Positions 9,450 through 18,606 of a stretch of DNA of 55,730 nucleotides are shown one piece after another. Made by a program: the position numbers and the translations under genes. The notes under the pieces were generated by a model. It did no database searches. It had not been told where the DNA came from and worked only from the letters and a program-made list of their open reading frames with translations. How positions within the stretch are numbered: the stretch's first letter is position 1; each line of letters opens with the position of its first letter. The stretch is from Eubacteriales bacterium. GTDB lineage: Bacteria; Bacillota; Clostridia; Oscillospirales; CAG-272. The DNA is taken from assembly GCA_045532675.1 (NCBI GenBank), contig JAZSGJ010000101.1:1-55730 (forward strand), in the 5' to 3' direction.

Positions 9450-9999
9450 GTTCTTTTAATATTTCAAAATATATTCTATTTCTGATTTTATTTAAGATAC
9501 AAGAAAAGTCGGAGCCTTTTGCTCTGACTTTTTTTATTATTCCAATTCGGTTTTTTGTATACGGTATAATTATATTCTCGCCGCACTCCATTGATATTAT
9601 TTCTGAAAAGAATATGCGACTTGCCTCGCTTTTCATATTTAAATATGACGGCTTGTGTGCAAGGATTGAGAAGTATGCTCCAATATGATTTTCCGATACG
9701 GTGAATTCGCATTTGGAAATTACATTTTCAAATGCGTTCTTATTTTTTACACATAAATGCTCAGAATTAAATATTCTTGAGAAGAATTTTGCTTTTGAAA
9801 CAGCGTCTTCATAATCTACAGAGATAAATAAAGGTTTAAGGGCTACGCGCCTTGAGATTTCTTTTACGTCTCCTACGGTAAGTGTGCATGAATCACTGAG
9901 AAAAAAAGCGTAATATTTGTTTGGGGGACAGACATTTATTTTTAATTCGGGTACAAGTTTTTCGGTAACCGAATATACAAGTTCGTTTAAATATCGCAT
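9439..9999 (-). CDS. Hypothetical protein (186 aa), uncertain gene
   Basis: Open frame with the weak RBS GGTGA. I recognise no motif. Its last ~30 codons run through the 9504-9535 terminator hairpin, and its start abuts the spoVG terminator. Confidence 0.35.
   Translation of the reverse strand: MRYLNELVYSVTEKLVPELKINVCPPNKYYAFFLSDSCTLTVGDVKEISRRVALKPLFISVDYEDAVSKAKFFSRIFNSEHLCVKNKNAFENVISKCEFTVSENHIGAYFSILAHKPSYLNMKSEASRIFFSEIISMECGENIIIPYTKNRIGIIKKVRAKGSDFSCILNKIRNRIYFEILKELMP
9504..9535. terminator. Bidirectional terminator downstream of the coiled-coil gene
   Basis: AAAAGTCGGAGC, loop CTTTT, GCTCTGACTTTT, then a T-run. An A-run on the other side makes it usable on both strands. Confidence 0.6.
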
Positions 10000-10007
10000 T
10001 TTTCACC

Positions 10008-10050
10008 AAAAAAATCCCCGCTTACGTCCTGCTTTCAGACATCAGCGGGG
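10008..10050 (-). terminator. Rho-independent terminator of spoVG
   Basis: The minus strand has CCCCGCT ... AGCGGGG followed by ATTTTTTT. Confidence 0.65.
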
Positions 10051-10069
10051 ATAATAAACATAACGTAAC

Positions 10070-10378
10070 TTAAATTATTACTGCGTTGTCTTCGCTGTCC
10101 TCATCATGTTGTGAGGCAACGAGCTGAACGTGGTATGCGTCAATTACAGCTTCTTCAAGAGAGTTTCTAAACTCGGAGTTTATTGGATGTACAATGTCTC
10201 GGTAAGTTCCGTCAGGATTTTTTCTTGAGGGCATAACTATAAAATATCTGTCTCTGGCATAGATCACCTTTACATCGTGAACTGCGAGGCAGTCGTCAAA
10301 TGTAACAGACGCAATCGCTTTCATAGGTCCCTCGTCAAAAAACTTTCTAATTTTGATGTCTGTGATTTGCATAATCAT
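10070..10378 (-). CDS. spoVG: Septation protein SpoVG
   Basis: MQITDIKIRKF...KAIASVTFDDCLAVHDVKVI...FIVMPSRK is the canonical SpoVG core. The start could be 10378 or 10372. Confidence 0.92.
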   Translation of the reverse strand: MIMQITDIKIRKFFDEGPMKAIASVTFDDCLAVHDVKVIYARDRYFIVMPSRKNPDGTYRDIVHPINSEFRNSLEEAVIDAYHVQLVASQHDEDSEDNAVII

Positions 10379-10540
10379 AATCCTTTCTATACAGTGTCTT
10401 TTTTTATGATGCTGAATATATTATACAGTAAGAATGTTAAAAATATTCAAGAACCAAAAAAGCAAACCTTTAAATATTTGTTTAAATTTTGATAACGTTT
10501 AATGTACAAATATTTAAATTGCAGCGAAGGAGGAATCTTT

Positions 10541-11932
10541 TTGTCGAATAATATTTTTTTTTGTAAAAAAGAAGAAATATCTGAAATTTTGAGAAACAAG
10601 GCATCCCGTGTTCATTTTGTCGGAGTTGGCGGTGTGGGAATGTATTCGCTGTTTGTACTTACGAAAAAAATGGGATATTGTGTTTCGGGAAGTGACAGGG
10701 AGGTGTCGCGCTTTACAGATAGGTTGATTTCAATGGGTGAGAAAGTATGCGTAGGACACAGCGGGGATTATGTGAGCGGAAGCAATCTTGTTGTATATAC
10801 GTATGCTGTCGCAAGTGATAATCCCGAACTTGAATTCGCAAAAGAAAACGGAATACCCTGTATATCCCGTGCAGAATATCTTGGAGTACTTATGGAAAAC
10901 TATCAAATAAAAATAGGTGTTTCCGGTACTCACGGAAAAAGCACTGTGACAGCAATGCTTTCGCTCATATTTGAGTCCGCGGGAAAAAATCCTACTACGG
11001 TTTTAGGTGCGCTTATTCCCGAAACCGACTCACCCGTTAAAATAGGCGGCGACAATTATTTAATATATGAGGCGTGTGAATATAAGGATTCTTTTCTTAA
11101 CTTTTCACCGACGGCGGCGGTATATACCAATCTTGAGTTTGACCATATGGACTATTTTAAGAATATAGAGTCGCTTGAGAGTTCATTCCTCAAATCAATG
11201 AATAAAGCTGATTTTTGTATTGTGAATACGGATGATGTAAGATTGAAATCTCTCGTGTCTCATGTAAAATGCGATGCCGTTACGTACGGAGTGAATGAAA
11301 AAAATGATTACAGAGCAGAAATAATCGGGGAAAACAAAGGTTTTTATTCTTTTAATGTATATTTTAATGAAAAGAAGGTTTCGACTATCAGCCTAAGTAT
11401 TCCGGGCAGGTTTAACGTTCTGAACGCGCTTGGGGCTTTTGCCTTGGCTCACAGGCTTGGTGTTGATGAGAAAAATATTTCTATAGCACTTTCAAACTTC
11501 AGTGGTATAGAAAGGAGAATAGAGCGTATAGGAGATTACGGAAATCTTCAGGTGTATTACGATTACGCACATCATCCGACAGAAATAGAATGTACTGTAA
11601 AGACTTTGAGAGAAATGACGGACGGAGCGGTATACGTTATATTTAAACCTCATACCTATTCAAGAACTGCGGGGCTTTTTGATGACTTTGTTAATGCACT
11701 TTCTCTGGCTGACAGGGTGTATCTATGTGATATATCCGCGATACGTGAGGTGGCTATTGAAGGCGTAAGTTCTGAGGTGCTTGCAAAACGAATCGGTGAC
11801 AAGGCCATATGTGCAGAGGATGAAGAAATAAAATCAATAATTGATTCATCCAGCATTGCAAGAAACAGCGGAGTGTTGATAATTATGGGCGCGGCAAATA
11901 TGGATTATTTTAAAAAACAGTTTTCCAAATAA
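10541..11932 (+). CDS. murC: UDP-N-acetylmuramate--L-alanine ligase
   Basis: Motifs VHFVGVGGVGM and the P-loop GTHGKSTVTAM are present. TTG 10541 lies 6 nt after GAAGGAGGA, and the track ORF starts at ATG 10502. Confidence 0.9.
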   Translation: MSNNIFFCKKEEISEILRNKASRVHFVGVGGVGMYSLFVLTKKMGYCVSGSDREVSRFTDRLISMGEKVCVGHSGDYVSGSNLVVYTYAVASDNPELEFAKENGIPCISRAEYLGVLMENYQIKIGVSGTHGKSTVTAMLSLIFESAGKNPTTVLGALIPETDSPVKIGGDNYLIYEACEYKDSFLNFSPTAAVYTNLEFDHMDYFKNIESLESSFLKSMNKADFCIVNTDDVRLKSLVSHVKCDAVTYGVNEKNDYRAEIIGENKGFYSFNVYFNEKKVSTISLSIPGRFNVLNALGAFALAHRLGVDEKNISIALSNFSGIERRIERIGDYGNLQVYYDYAHHPTEIECTVKTLREMTDGAVYVIFKPHTYSRTAGLFDDFVNALSLADRVYLCDISAIREVAIEGVSSEVLAKRIGDKAICAEDEEIKSIIDSSSIARNSGVLIIMGAANMDYFKKQFSK

Positions 11933-11942
11933 ATGCAATCTT

Positions 11943-11970
11943 TTGACAAAAAGTTGTTTTGATGTACAAT
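11943..11970 (+). promoter_or_regulatory. Candidate promoter of the mgtE leader
   Basis: TTGACA (11943-11948), 16-nt spacer, TACAAT (11965-11970) preceded by TG. Confidence 0.45.
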
Positions 11971-11977
11971 TAAGAAA

Positions 11978-12125
11978 AATATTGGGGGGTGAGACCGTGC
12001 CTGACGGAGATAGTTTAATCAGAAATTACATAATTAATAAAAACGGTCGGCAGGGAAAGCGGTCTCATAAACGGAGTTTTTACATTTAGTTTATAATGAG
12101 ATGTTTTTTCTGTCCTATGCAGAAA
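11978..12125 (+). promoter_or_regulatory. Structured 5' leader of mgtE, M-box-like (ykoK-type Mg2+ riboswitch candidate, divergent/compact)
   Basis: The leader is about 160 nt. GGUGAGA-CCGU-GCCUG-ACGG-AGAUAG mirrors B. subtilis M-box GGUGAGG-CUCC-UGUAU-GGAG-AUACG, with compensatory stem changes. An outer helix forms between GAGACCG and CGGUCUC. A GUCCUAUGC 9-mer is shared with the B. subtilis element, and a weak AU-rich hairpin plus U6 lies at 12086-12115. Confidence 0.45.
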
Positions 12126-12138
12126 GGAAGGATAGAAA

Positions 12139-13545
12139 ATGAATGAAAATGTTAAAAATGACATAACCCTTATTTCGTCTGACAAGATAGCATTTGGAAG
12201 TGACTTGCTTGTTGATATGATTGAAAGCAAAAAATTTGCAAATTTAAAAAATGAGCTTAACAAGCTGCCTGCTGCTGACATTGCCGAGTTGTTTTATGAG
12301 ACAGATGAAAAATATCACGCGCTAATATACCGCCTATTGCCGAAGGAAAGTGCGGCAGAGGTTTTCGTTGAAATGGACGCTGAGCTGAAGGAGCAGATAA
12401 TAAACTCTTTTACCGACATTGAGCTTTCGGCTATGCTCGATGAGCTTTATATAGACGATACGGTAGATATTATAGAAGAAATGCCTGCCACAGTTGTTAA
12501 ACGTATAATTAGAAATTCAAGTAAAGAAAATCGCGGAATAATTAACAGGCTTCTGAAATATCCTAAGGATTCAGCGGGTACAATAATGACTACAGAATAC
12601 GTCAGATTTACGAAGGAAATGACGGTTGAAGAGGCTCTTTCCCATATAAGACACGTTGCTATAGATAAAGAGACTATTTATACCTGTTATATTACAGATA
12701 ACAGACGCCATCTTATAGGTATAATTACTGCGAAGGAACTGCTGATTGCCAACCTAAAAACAAGGCTTTCAGATATTATGGAAGACTCGGTCGTTTTTGT
12801 TAACACAACGGATGACAGGGAAGATGTTGCGCGTAAATTTGACAGATACGGTTTTTTAGCTTTGCCCGTCGTTGATGCCGAATGCAGACTTGTCGGCATC
12901 GTTACGGTTGATGACGCTATTTCCGTTTTAAAAGTGGAGACTGAGGAGGATTTTGCCAAAATGGCAGCGATAACTCCGAGCGAAAAATCATATCTTAAAA
13001 CCTCTGCGGCATCTCTGTTTAAAAATAGAATTCCATGGCTGATGCTACTTATGGTTTCAGCCACTCTTTCAAGCACGATACTAAATCGGTTTGAAGCGGC
13101 TCTTCCTGCTATTCTGCTTATTTTCGTTCCGATGCTTATGGATACTGGTGGAAATTGTGGCTCACAGGCATCTGTGACGGTTATACGCGCGCTGTCCGTC
13201 GGAGAGGCAAAAATATCTGATCTTCCAAGAATACTTTGGAAGGAGATTTGTGTTGGTGTCATGTGCGGCGCAGCGCTTGGTGCTGTTGCTTTATTAAAAG
13301 TGATTTTGATTGATAAGCTATTGATGCAAAATTCCGAGATAACACTTTCGGTTGCGCTTTCGGTTTCTGCTGCTGTTGCTCTCACGATAATTGTTGCCAA
13401 AATTATCGGTTCAACGCTTCCGATACTTGCAAAAAAAATAGGATTTGACCCTGCGGTTATGGCATCTCCGCTTATAACTACGCTCGTAGATGCAATAGCA
13501 CTTGTCATGTATTTTCTTGTTTCCACCGTTTTAATTGTTAGATAG
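12139..13545 (+). CDS. mgtE: Magnesium transporter MgtE
   Basis: N-domain, CBS pair and TM domain with the motif MDTGGNCGSQAS; 468 aa. Confidence 0.93.
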   Translation: MNENVKNDITLISSDKIAFGSDLLVDMIESKKFANLKNELNKLPAADIAELFYETDEKYHALIYRLLPKESAAEVFVEMDAELKEQIINSFTDIELSAMLDELYIDDTVDIIEEMPATVVKRIIRNSSKENRGIINRLLKYPKDSAGTIMTTEYVRFTKEMTVEEALSHIRHVAIDKETIYTCYITDNRRHLIGIITAKELLIANLKTRLSDIMEDSVVFVNTTDDREDVARKFDRYGFLALPVVDAECRLVGIVTVDDAISVLKVETEEDFAKMAAITPSEKSYLKTSAASLFKNRIPWLMLLMVSATLSSTILNRFEAALPAILLIFVPMLMDTGGNCGSQASVTVIRALSVGEAKISDLPRILWKEICVGVMCGAALGAVALLKVILIDKLLMQNSEITLSVALSVSAAVALTIIVAKIIGSTLPILAKKIGFDPAVMASPLITTLVDAIALVMYFLVSTVLIVR

Positions 13546-13595
13546 GCAGATATATAATTTTTAAGAGAAAAATCCTCGAAAATTTTACAAAAGGA

Positions 13596-13624
13596 TTGAA
13601 ATACGTGTTTCAATATGGTATAAT
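13596..13624 (+). promoter_or_regulatory. Candidate promoter of asnS
   Basis: TTGAAA (13596-13601), 17-nt spacer, TATAAT (13619-13624). Confidence 0.5.
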
Positions 13625-13659
13625 ATATTATTATATATAATCCGTATGGAGATTTAAAA

Positions 13660-15054
13660 ATGGAAAGAACACTTGTAAAAAGCATTTATTCCGATTCGGA
13701 AAGCTTCGGCGGCAAGACTGTGACTGTCGGCGGATGGGTCAGAAACCTCAGAGACTCAAAGGCATTCGGTTTTATCGACCTTAACGACGGCTCATGCTTC
13801 GGAAGCATTCAGGTAGTATTTGAAAGAGATAAAATATCAAACTATGATGAAATTGCATCGATGAACGTTGGTGCGGCGCTTGTAGTTACGGGAGAACTTA
13901 CTCTTACTCCCGGCGCAAAGCAGCCTTTTGAGCTTAAGGCTTCTAGGGTAGAGGTTGAGGGAACTTCGACGCCAGACTATCCTCTTCAGCCCAAGCGTCA
14001 TACGCCAGAATTTTTGAGAGAGCAGGCGTATCTCAGACCGAGAACCAATCTTTTCTCGGCTGTATTTAGAGTAAGAAGTGAGGTAGCTTATGCTATTCAT
14101 TCATTCTTCCACAACCGCGGATTCGTTTACGTTCATACTCCCATCATTACCGGCTCGGATGCAGAGGGTGCGGGAGAAATGTTCAGAGTAACCACTCTTG
14201 ACCCTGAAAATCCCCCGAGAACCGAGGATGGAAAGATAGACTATTCCAAGGACTTCTTTGGAAAAAGTACAAACCTTACCGTATCCGGACAGCTTGAGGG
14301 TGAAACCTATGCCATGGCATTCGGTAACATTTATACCTTTGGTCCGACGTTCAGAGCGGAAAACTCAAACACCGCGCGTCATGCTGCGGAATTCTGGATG
14401 ATTGAACCGGAAATTGCATTCGCAGACCTTAACGACGATATGCAGCTTGCTTGGGATATGATAAAATATATTATCAATCACGTAATGGATAATTGCACTC
14501 AAGAGCTTGAATTCTTCAACAAATTCGTAGACAAAACTCTTCTTGAGCGTCTCACCGCTCTTCGCAATGCCGATTATGCAAAGGTAACCTATACCGAAGC
14601 GATTGAAATTCTCGAGAAATCTGGAGCTGATTTCAAATATCCTGTATATTGGGGTGTTGACCTTCAGACCGAGCATGAAAGATATCTTACAGAGCAGGTG
14701 TATAAAAAGCCTATATTCCTTATAGATTACCCGAAGGAAATAAAGGCGTTCTATATGAGACAAAACGACGATGGTAAGACTGTTGCCGCAATGGACCTTC
14801 TTGTTCCAGGTGTAGGCGAAATTATCGGTGGTTCACAGCGCGAGGAAAGACTCGACGTTCTTTCTGCAAGAATGAAGGAGCTTGGTCTCAATGAGGAGGA
14901 CTATTGGTGGTATATGAACCTTCGTAAATACGGCGGAACAAAGCACGCGGGCTTCGGTCTCGGCTTTGAACGTATCATTATGTATATAACCGGAGTATCA
15001 AACATCCGCGACGTTCTTCCTTATCCGAGAACAGTCGGCAACGCAGAGTTTTAA
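13660..15054 (+). CDS. asnS: Asparagine--tRNA ligase
   Basis: Class II aaRS motifs [29 protein letters not shown] and GFGLGFERI; 464 aa. Confidence 0.93.
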   Translation: MERTLVKSIYSDSESFGGKTVTVGGWVRNLRDSKAFGFIDLNDGSCFGSIQVVFERDKISNYDEIASMNVGAALVVTGELTLTPGAKQPFELKASRVEVEGTSTPDYPLQPKRHTPEFLREQAYLRPRTNLFSAVFRVRSEVAYAIHSFFHNRGFVYVHTPIITGSDAEGAGEMFRVTTLDPENPPRTEDGKIDYSKDFFGKSTNLTVSGQLEGETYAMAFGNIYTFGPTFRAENSNTARHAAEFWMIEPEIAFADLNDDMQLAWDMIKYIINHVMDNCTQELEFFNKFVDKTLLERLTALRNADYAKVTYTEAIEILEKSGADFKYPVYWGVDLQTEHERYLTEQVYKKPIFLIDYPKEIKAFYMRQNDDGKTVAAMDLLVPGVGEIIGGSQREERLDVLSARMKELGLNEEDYWWYMNLRKYGGTKHAGFGLGFERIIMYITGVSNIRDVLPYPRTVGNAEF

Positions 15055-15125
15055 CAATAAAAAAACGGCTTAAAGGCAGGTTCTCATAAGGATATTAATT
15101 AAATCTAAGAGAAAGTGTCAATTGA

Positions 15126-15195
15126 GAGCGGAAGCACAAAGAAAAATGCAACATGGACGGTAGTCTGTGTTGCATTTTTCTTTGTGCTTCCGCTC
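15126..15195. repeat. Perfect 28-bp-stem / 14-nt-loop hairpin (70 nt)
   Basis: GAGCGGAAGCACAAAGAAAAATGCAACA, loop TGGACGGTAGTCTG, then the exact reverse complement. No U-tract follows. Confidence 0.9.
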
Positions 15196-15211
15196 CTCAA
15201 AGCCAAACGAG

Positions 15212-15238
15212 GATAGGCGCAAAAACCTATCTTTTTTT
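15212..15238 (+). terminator. Rho-independent terminator (probable asnS terminator)
   Basis: GATAGG, loop CGCAAAAA, CCTATC, then TTTTTTT. Confidence 0.55.
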
Positions 15239-15319
15239 GCAAAATTTATTCATTATAACCTTGGAAAAGTCAAAAAATCATCTTTATGAAATATTTCGTT
15301 ATAGAGGAAGGACCGTTTT

Positions 15320-15702
15320 GATGTTCTGAAGCAAAAGACGGCAGAGGGTGTTACCGTTTGTGTATTCTATTATTACATTGGATGCATGAGTACACTTCCC
15401 GGTGATTATCACAAGCAACTCGGCAAATTCGGCATTGTAGCTACGCCGTTCTCTCGACTTCGCGGACAAGCCGATAGCGAGTTTAACAGCCGTAGCCACT
15501 GCAAGATCGGTGTAATTGACGGCAAGGTGGGATATACGGGCTGTGCAAACATTGCCGACGAATACATAAACGAAACCGTACGCTTCGGTCAATTGACGAA
15601 ACGATGGCGAAATCCATAGAGGTTACACCCGATATGTTGAAAACAGGATTGTTCAGACGGTTTGTACATTTGGTTGTCAGAATATTTGCACTGATGCCCT
15701 AA
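15320..15702 (+). pseudogene. cls: Cardiolipin synthase (PLD superfamily) remnant
   Basis: The frame reads GVTVCVFYYYIGCMSTLPGDYHKQLGKFGIVATPF...NSRSHCKIGVIDGKVGYTGCANIADEY, which is one HKD motif. A frame break follows, then a C-terminal-like tail ending ...FVHLVVRIFALMP stop. The N-terminal TM region and the second HKD are absent. Confidence 0.6.
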
Positions 15703-15807
15703 AAGCCTATTTTATAACATTTCAGAAACATATCTCAAACAAAACGAAAAAATCGGTATCGTAAAATACAGTCATAAAACAAAAATAAAACAGAGAGGTA
15801 ATTTATT

Positions 15808-16176
15808 ATGAACAAGGACGATCAGCAGTTTATGGCGCAGAAGATCCGCACGCAGTATATGGAAAAGGAGTCCACCGAACTTGATGAACTCCGTGAGCTT
15901 GATGCCAAGGTCAAGCGCCCTGTAAATGTATTCGCATTCATTTTCGGAAGCATTTCCGCTATCATTATGGGCACAGGCATGAGCCTTATTATGACCGACA
16001 TCGCAGAGAAGATCGGACTCGGTGTTGATCCGATGATTCCCGGCATTGTAATCGGTGTTGTCGGAATTGTGATGGGGTTTTTCAACTACCCCATCTATAA
16101 GGGTATTCTTGGCAGCCGCAAGAAGAAGTACAGCGCCGAAATTCTTAAGATCAGCGATAAAATAATGAATAAATAA
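15808..16176 (+). CDS. Small 2-TM membrane protein, diverged paralogue of 19470-19883
   Basis: 122 aa after the RBS AGAGAGG. It has a cytoplasmic helical N-terminus, two hydrophobic helices and a basic tail. It shares GMSLIMTD, YPIY and RKKK..EILKISDKIMNK with the downstream paralogue. Confidence 0.7.
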   Translation: MNKDDQQFMAQKIRTQYMEKESTELDELRELDAKVKRPVNVFAFIFGSISAIIMGTGMSLIMTDIAEKIGLGVDPMIPGIVIGVVGIVMGFFNYPIYKGILGSRKKKYSAEILKISDKIMNK

Positions 16177-16324
16177 TTTAACATAAAAGGATAAAAACAA
16201 ATCATTCCCTTACTGTACGGCTCTTTGGGGCTTGAATATATCACGAATGAAGCTCTGAATGCCGATGATATTGATACCCGAGGTTTTTGTAGGCGAGAGA
16301 TGAAATGAATTTAACAGCTTCTTA

Positions 16325-16612
16325 ATGAGCGAGGGATATGTATTGCTTGATGAAAGCAAACATACCTTTGAGAAAAATGGCATTTTATATTCTTATGTTT
16401 CTATTGAAGAATTAAAATCCTTTGCAGGAATAGAGCTGGCTGATATTGAACAGCTATGTAACGATGAAATCAAATTCAGGGTGCTTTCTTTAGTGCAATA
16501 TGTAAAGGTGTACCGTGCATCCGCAATGGACGGTTATAGAATAACAGTTAGACAAAAGAAGGACAATGACAAAATAACTTTTATTGAGAGAAAACTAAAG
16601 ACCAAAAACTAA
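16325..16612 (+). CDS. Hypothetical protein (95 aa)
   Basis: Open frame only. I recognise no motif, and it is more AT-rich than its neighbours. Confidence 0.35.
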   Translation: MSEGYVLLDESKHTFEKNGILYSYVSIEELKSFAGIELADIEQLCNDEIKFRVLSLVQYVKVYRASAMDGYRITVRQKKDNDKITFIERKLKTKN

Positions 16613-16840
16613 TTAACAAATTCCCATTTATCAAGTAGATATTAGACTAAGGCAATCCCAAAAACAGCGTTGCATTTTCTCAATTCAACACTTTTTCGTT
16701 TATGTTGTTCAAATCAAATAGAAAATGCTAAAATAATTTTGAAAAAGTTTCCCAAAAGGCGAAAACACAAACAAAACTTTAACATTTCTATATTATAATA
16801 GAAATATAAAAGCAAAAATGCGCCCTTGGAGGATGAAAAT

Positions 16841-17512
16841 ATGTTCAAAATTTTAGTTGTGGAGGATGACAGAGATCTGAACCGCGGCGTGTGTTCTTTT
16901 CTAAACTGCAGCGGCTACGAAGCGGTCGGTTGCCTTGATGCCGAAAGCGCATACGACGAGATGTACAAGACCACCTTCGACCTTATCGTGTCGGATATTA
17001 TGATGCCGAACATCGACGGCTTTGAGTTTGCAAAGACAGTGCGTTCGCTGAACAACGATATTCCGATACTGTTTATGACCGCATGTGACGATTTCGCTTC
17101 CAAGCAAAGAGGATACCGCATCGGTATAGACGATTATATGATAAAGCCCATCGACCTTGACGAGCTTTTCTTGCGTATTGGAGCGCTTCTTCGCCGTTCC
17201 AAGATAGCGTCAAGCCGTCGGCTTGAGGTGGGCAATTTCGTGATGGATGCGGAAGAGAGAAGCACAACGCTTGACAGCGAGGAAATCTCACTCACGGCAA
17301 GAGAATTCGACCTTCTTTACAAGCTCTTATCCTATCCGAAAAAGACCTTCACGCGCACACAACTGATGGACGAATTTTGGGATGTGGATACGCAAACAAG
17401 CACGAGGACGGTTGACGTGTATATGACCAAGCTCCGTGCAAAGCTTGCGGGTTGTGATTCCTTTGAAATACAGACTGTACACGGCTTAGGTTATAAGGCG
17501 GTGATTAAATGA
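16841..17512 (+). CDS. OmpR-family response regulator
   Basis: Receiver domain (ILVVEDD, SDIMMP, KP) plus a winged-helix output domain (RTVDVYMTKLRAKL). ATG 16841 follows GGAGGA. Confidence 0.92.
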   Translation: MFKILVVEDDRDLNRGVCSFLNCSGYEAVGCLDAESAYDEMYKTTFDLIVSDIMMPNIDGFEFAKTVRSLNNDIPILFMTACDDFASKQRGYRIGIDDYMIKPIDLDELFLRIGALLRRSKIASSRRLEVGNFVMDAEERSTTLDSEEISLTAREFDLLYKLLSYPKKTFTRTQLMDEFWDVDTQTSTRTVDVYMTKLRAKLAGCDSFEIQTVHGLGYKAVIK

Positions 17513-18606
17513 AGAAGGAGAAAAAAGCGAAAAAACTTATAAAAACGATCAGTAATTTTTTCATTTTCTTTTTGCTGGTTGCATTCGTAATCACTTGCTG
17601 CCTTATGCTCTTTGTTTCAACACTTCAAACGACGCTCGGTCACGAATTTACGGGCGAGGAAATCACCGCCGCCGCGAAATTCACAATGGTAAACGTCGTT
17701 CTCATAAGCATTGGAGTTGCGTTTATTGATTATCTTCGCCGCAAATTTGCAGTAGAACGCCCCGTTGCGAAAATAACGGAAGCCACCGAAAAAATGATTG
17801 AGGGAGATTTTTCGGTTCGTATTAAGCCTATCGGTAAATTTGCAACCGACGATAGCTTTAACGAGATCATCGAATGTATCAATAAAATAGCAGAAGAGTT
17901 GTCGGGTGTGGAAACGCTCCGCACCGATTTTATAGCCAACGTCTCGCACGAAATGAAAACGCCTCTTGCCGTGATGCAGAATTACGGGACGCTCCTGCAA
18001 GCGCCCGATCTGTCCGAAGAAAAGCGGATCGAGTACGCAAAGGCGATCACCGACAGTTCTCGCCGTCTTGCCAATATGATGACGAATATTCTAAAGCTCA
18101 ACCGTCTCGAAAATCAGCAGATCTATCCTAATCCCATCACCTTTGATCTTGGAGAGCAGCTATGCGAAAGTCTATTGCAATACGAAAGCACGTGGGAGAA
18201 AAAGAATATTAAGATTGACACCGACATAGCCGAAAACGTGTTCGTATCCGCAGACGCGGAGCTTCTCTCGCTTGTGTGGAACAACCTTGTCTCCAACGCC
18301 TTCAAATTCACCGAGGATGGCGGCAAGATAACGATTGCGCTTGCGGCAGACGAAGAATACGCCACGGTCAAGATATCCGACACAGGATGCGGAATGAGCG
18401 CAGAGGTCGGCACGCACATCTTTGAAAAGTTCTATCAAGGCGACACCTCGCACGCAACCCAAGGTAACGGACTCGGACTTGCTCTCGTCAAGCGCGTGGT
18501 TGATATTTTAGAGGGGGGGATCGGCGTGGAAAGCGCGGTCGGCGTAGGAACGACCTTTACTGTCAAGATCAGGAGGGCTGATTATGGATTGGAAAAAGAT
18601 AGGTAA
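17509..18606 (+). CDS. Sensor histidine kinase, intramembrane-sensing type
   Basis: Two N-terminal TM helices are separated by about 20 aa. A HAMP-like linker, the H-box SHEMKTPL, the N-box, DTGCGM and GNGLGLALV follow. The start overlaps the RR stop (ATGA). Confidence 0.9.
   Translation: MKKEKKAKKLIKTISNFFIFFLLVAFVITCCLMLFVSTLQTTLGHEFTGEEITAAAKFTMVNVVLISIGVAFIDYLRRKFAVERPVAKITEATEKMIEGDFSVRIKPIGKFATDDSFNEIIECINKIAEELSGVETLRTDFIANVSHEMKTPLAVMQNYGTLLQAPDLSEEKRIEYAKAITDSSRRLANMMTNILKLNRLENQQIYPNPITFDLGEQLCESLLQYESTWEKKNIKIDTDIAENVFVSADAELLSLVWNNLVSNAFKFTEDGGKITIALAADEEYATVKISDTGCGMSAEVGTHIFEKFYQGDTSHATQGNGLGLALVKRVVDILEGGIGVESAVGVGTTFTVKIRRADYGLEKDR

Noticed and set aside
12687-13685. 332-aa ORF antisense to mgtE
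   Set aside because: It lies entirely within the well-supported mgtE frame on the other strand. Its composition is Ser/Thr/Ala/Ile-rich and low-complexity, it has no RBS, and it looks like a shadow ORF.
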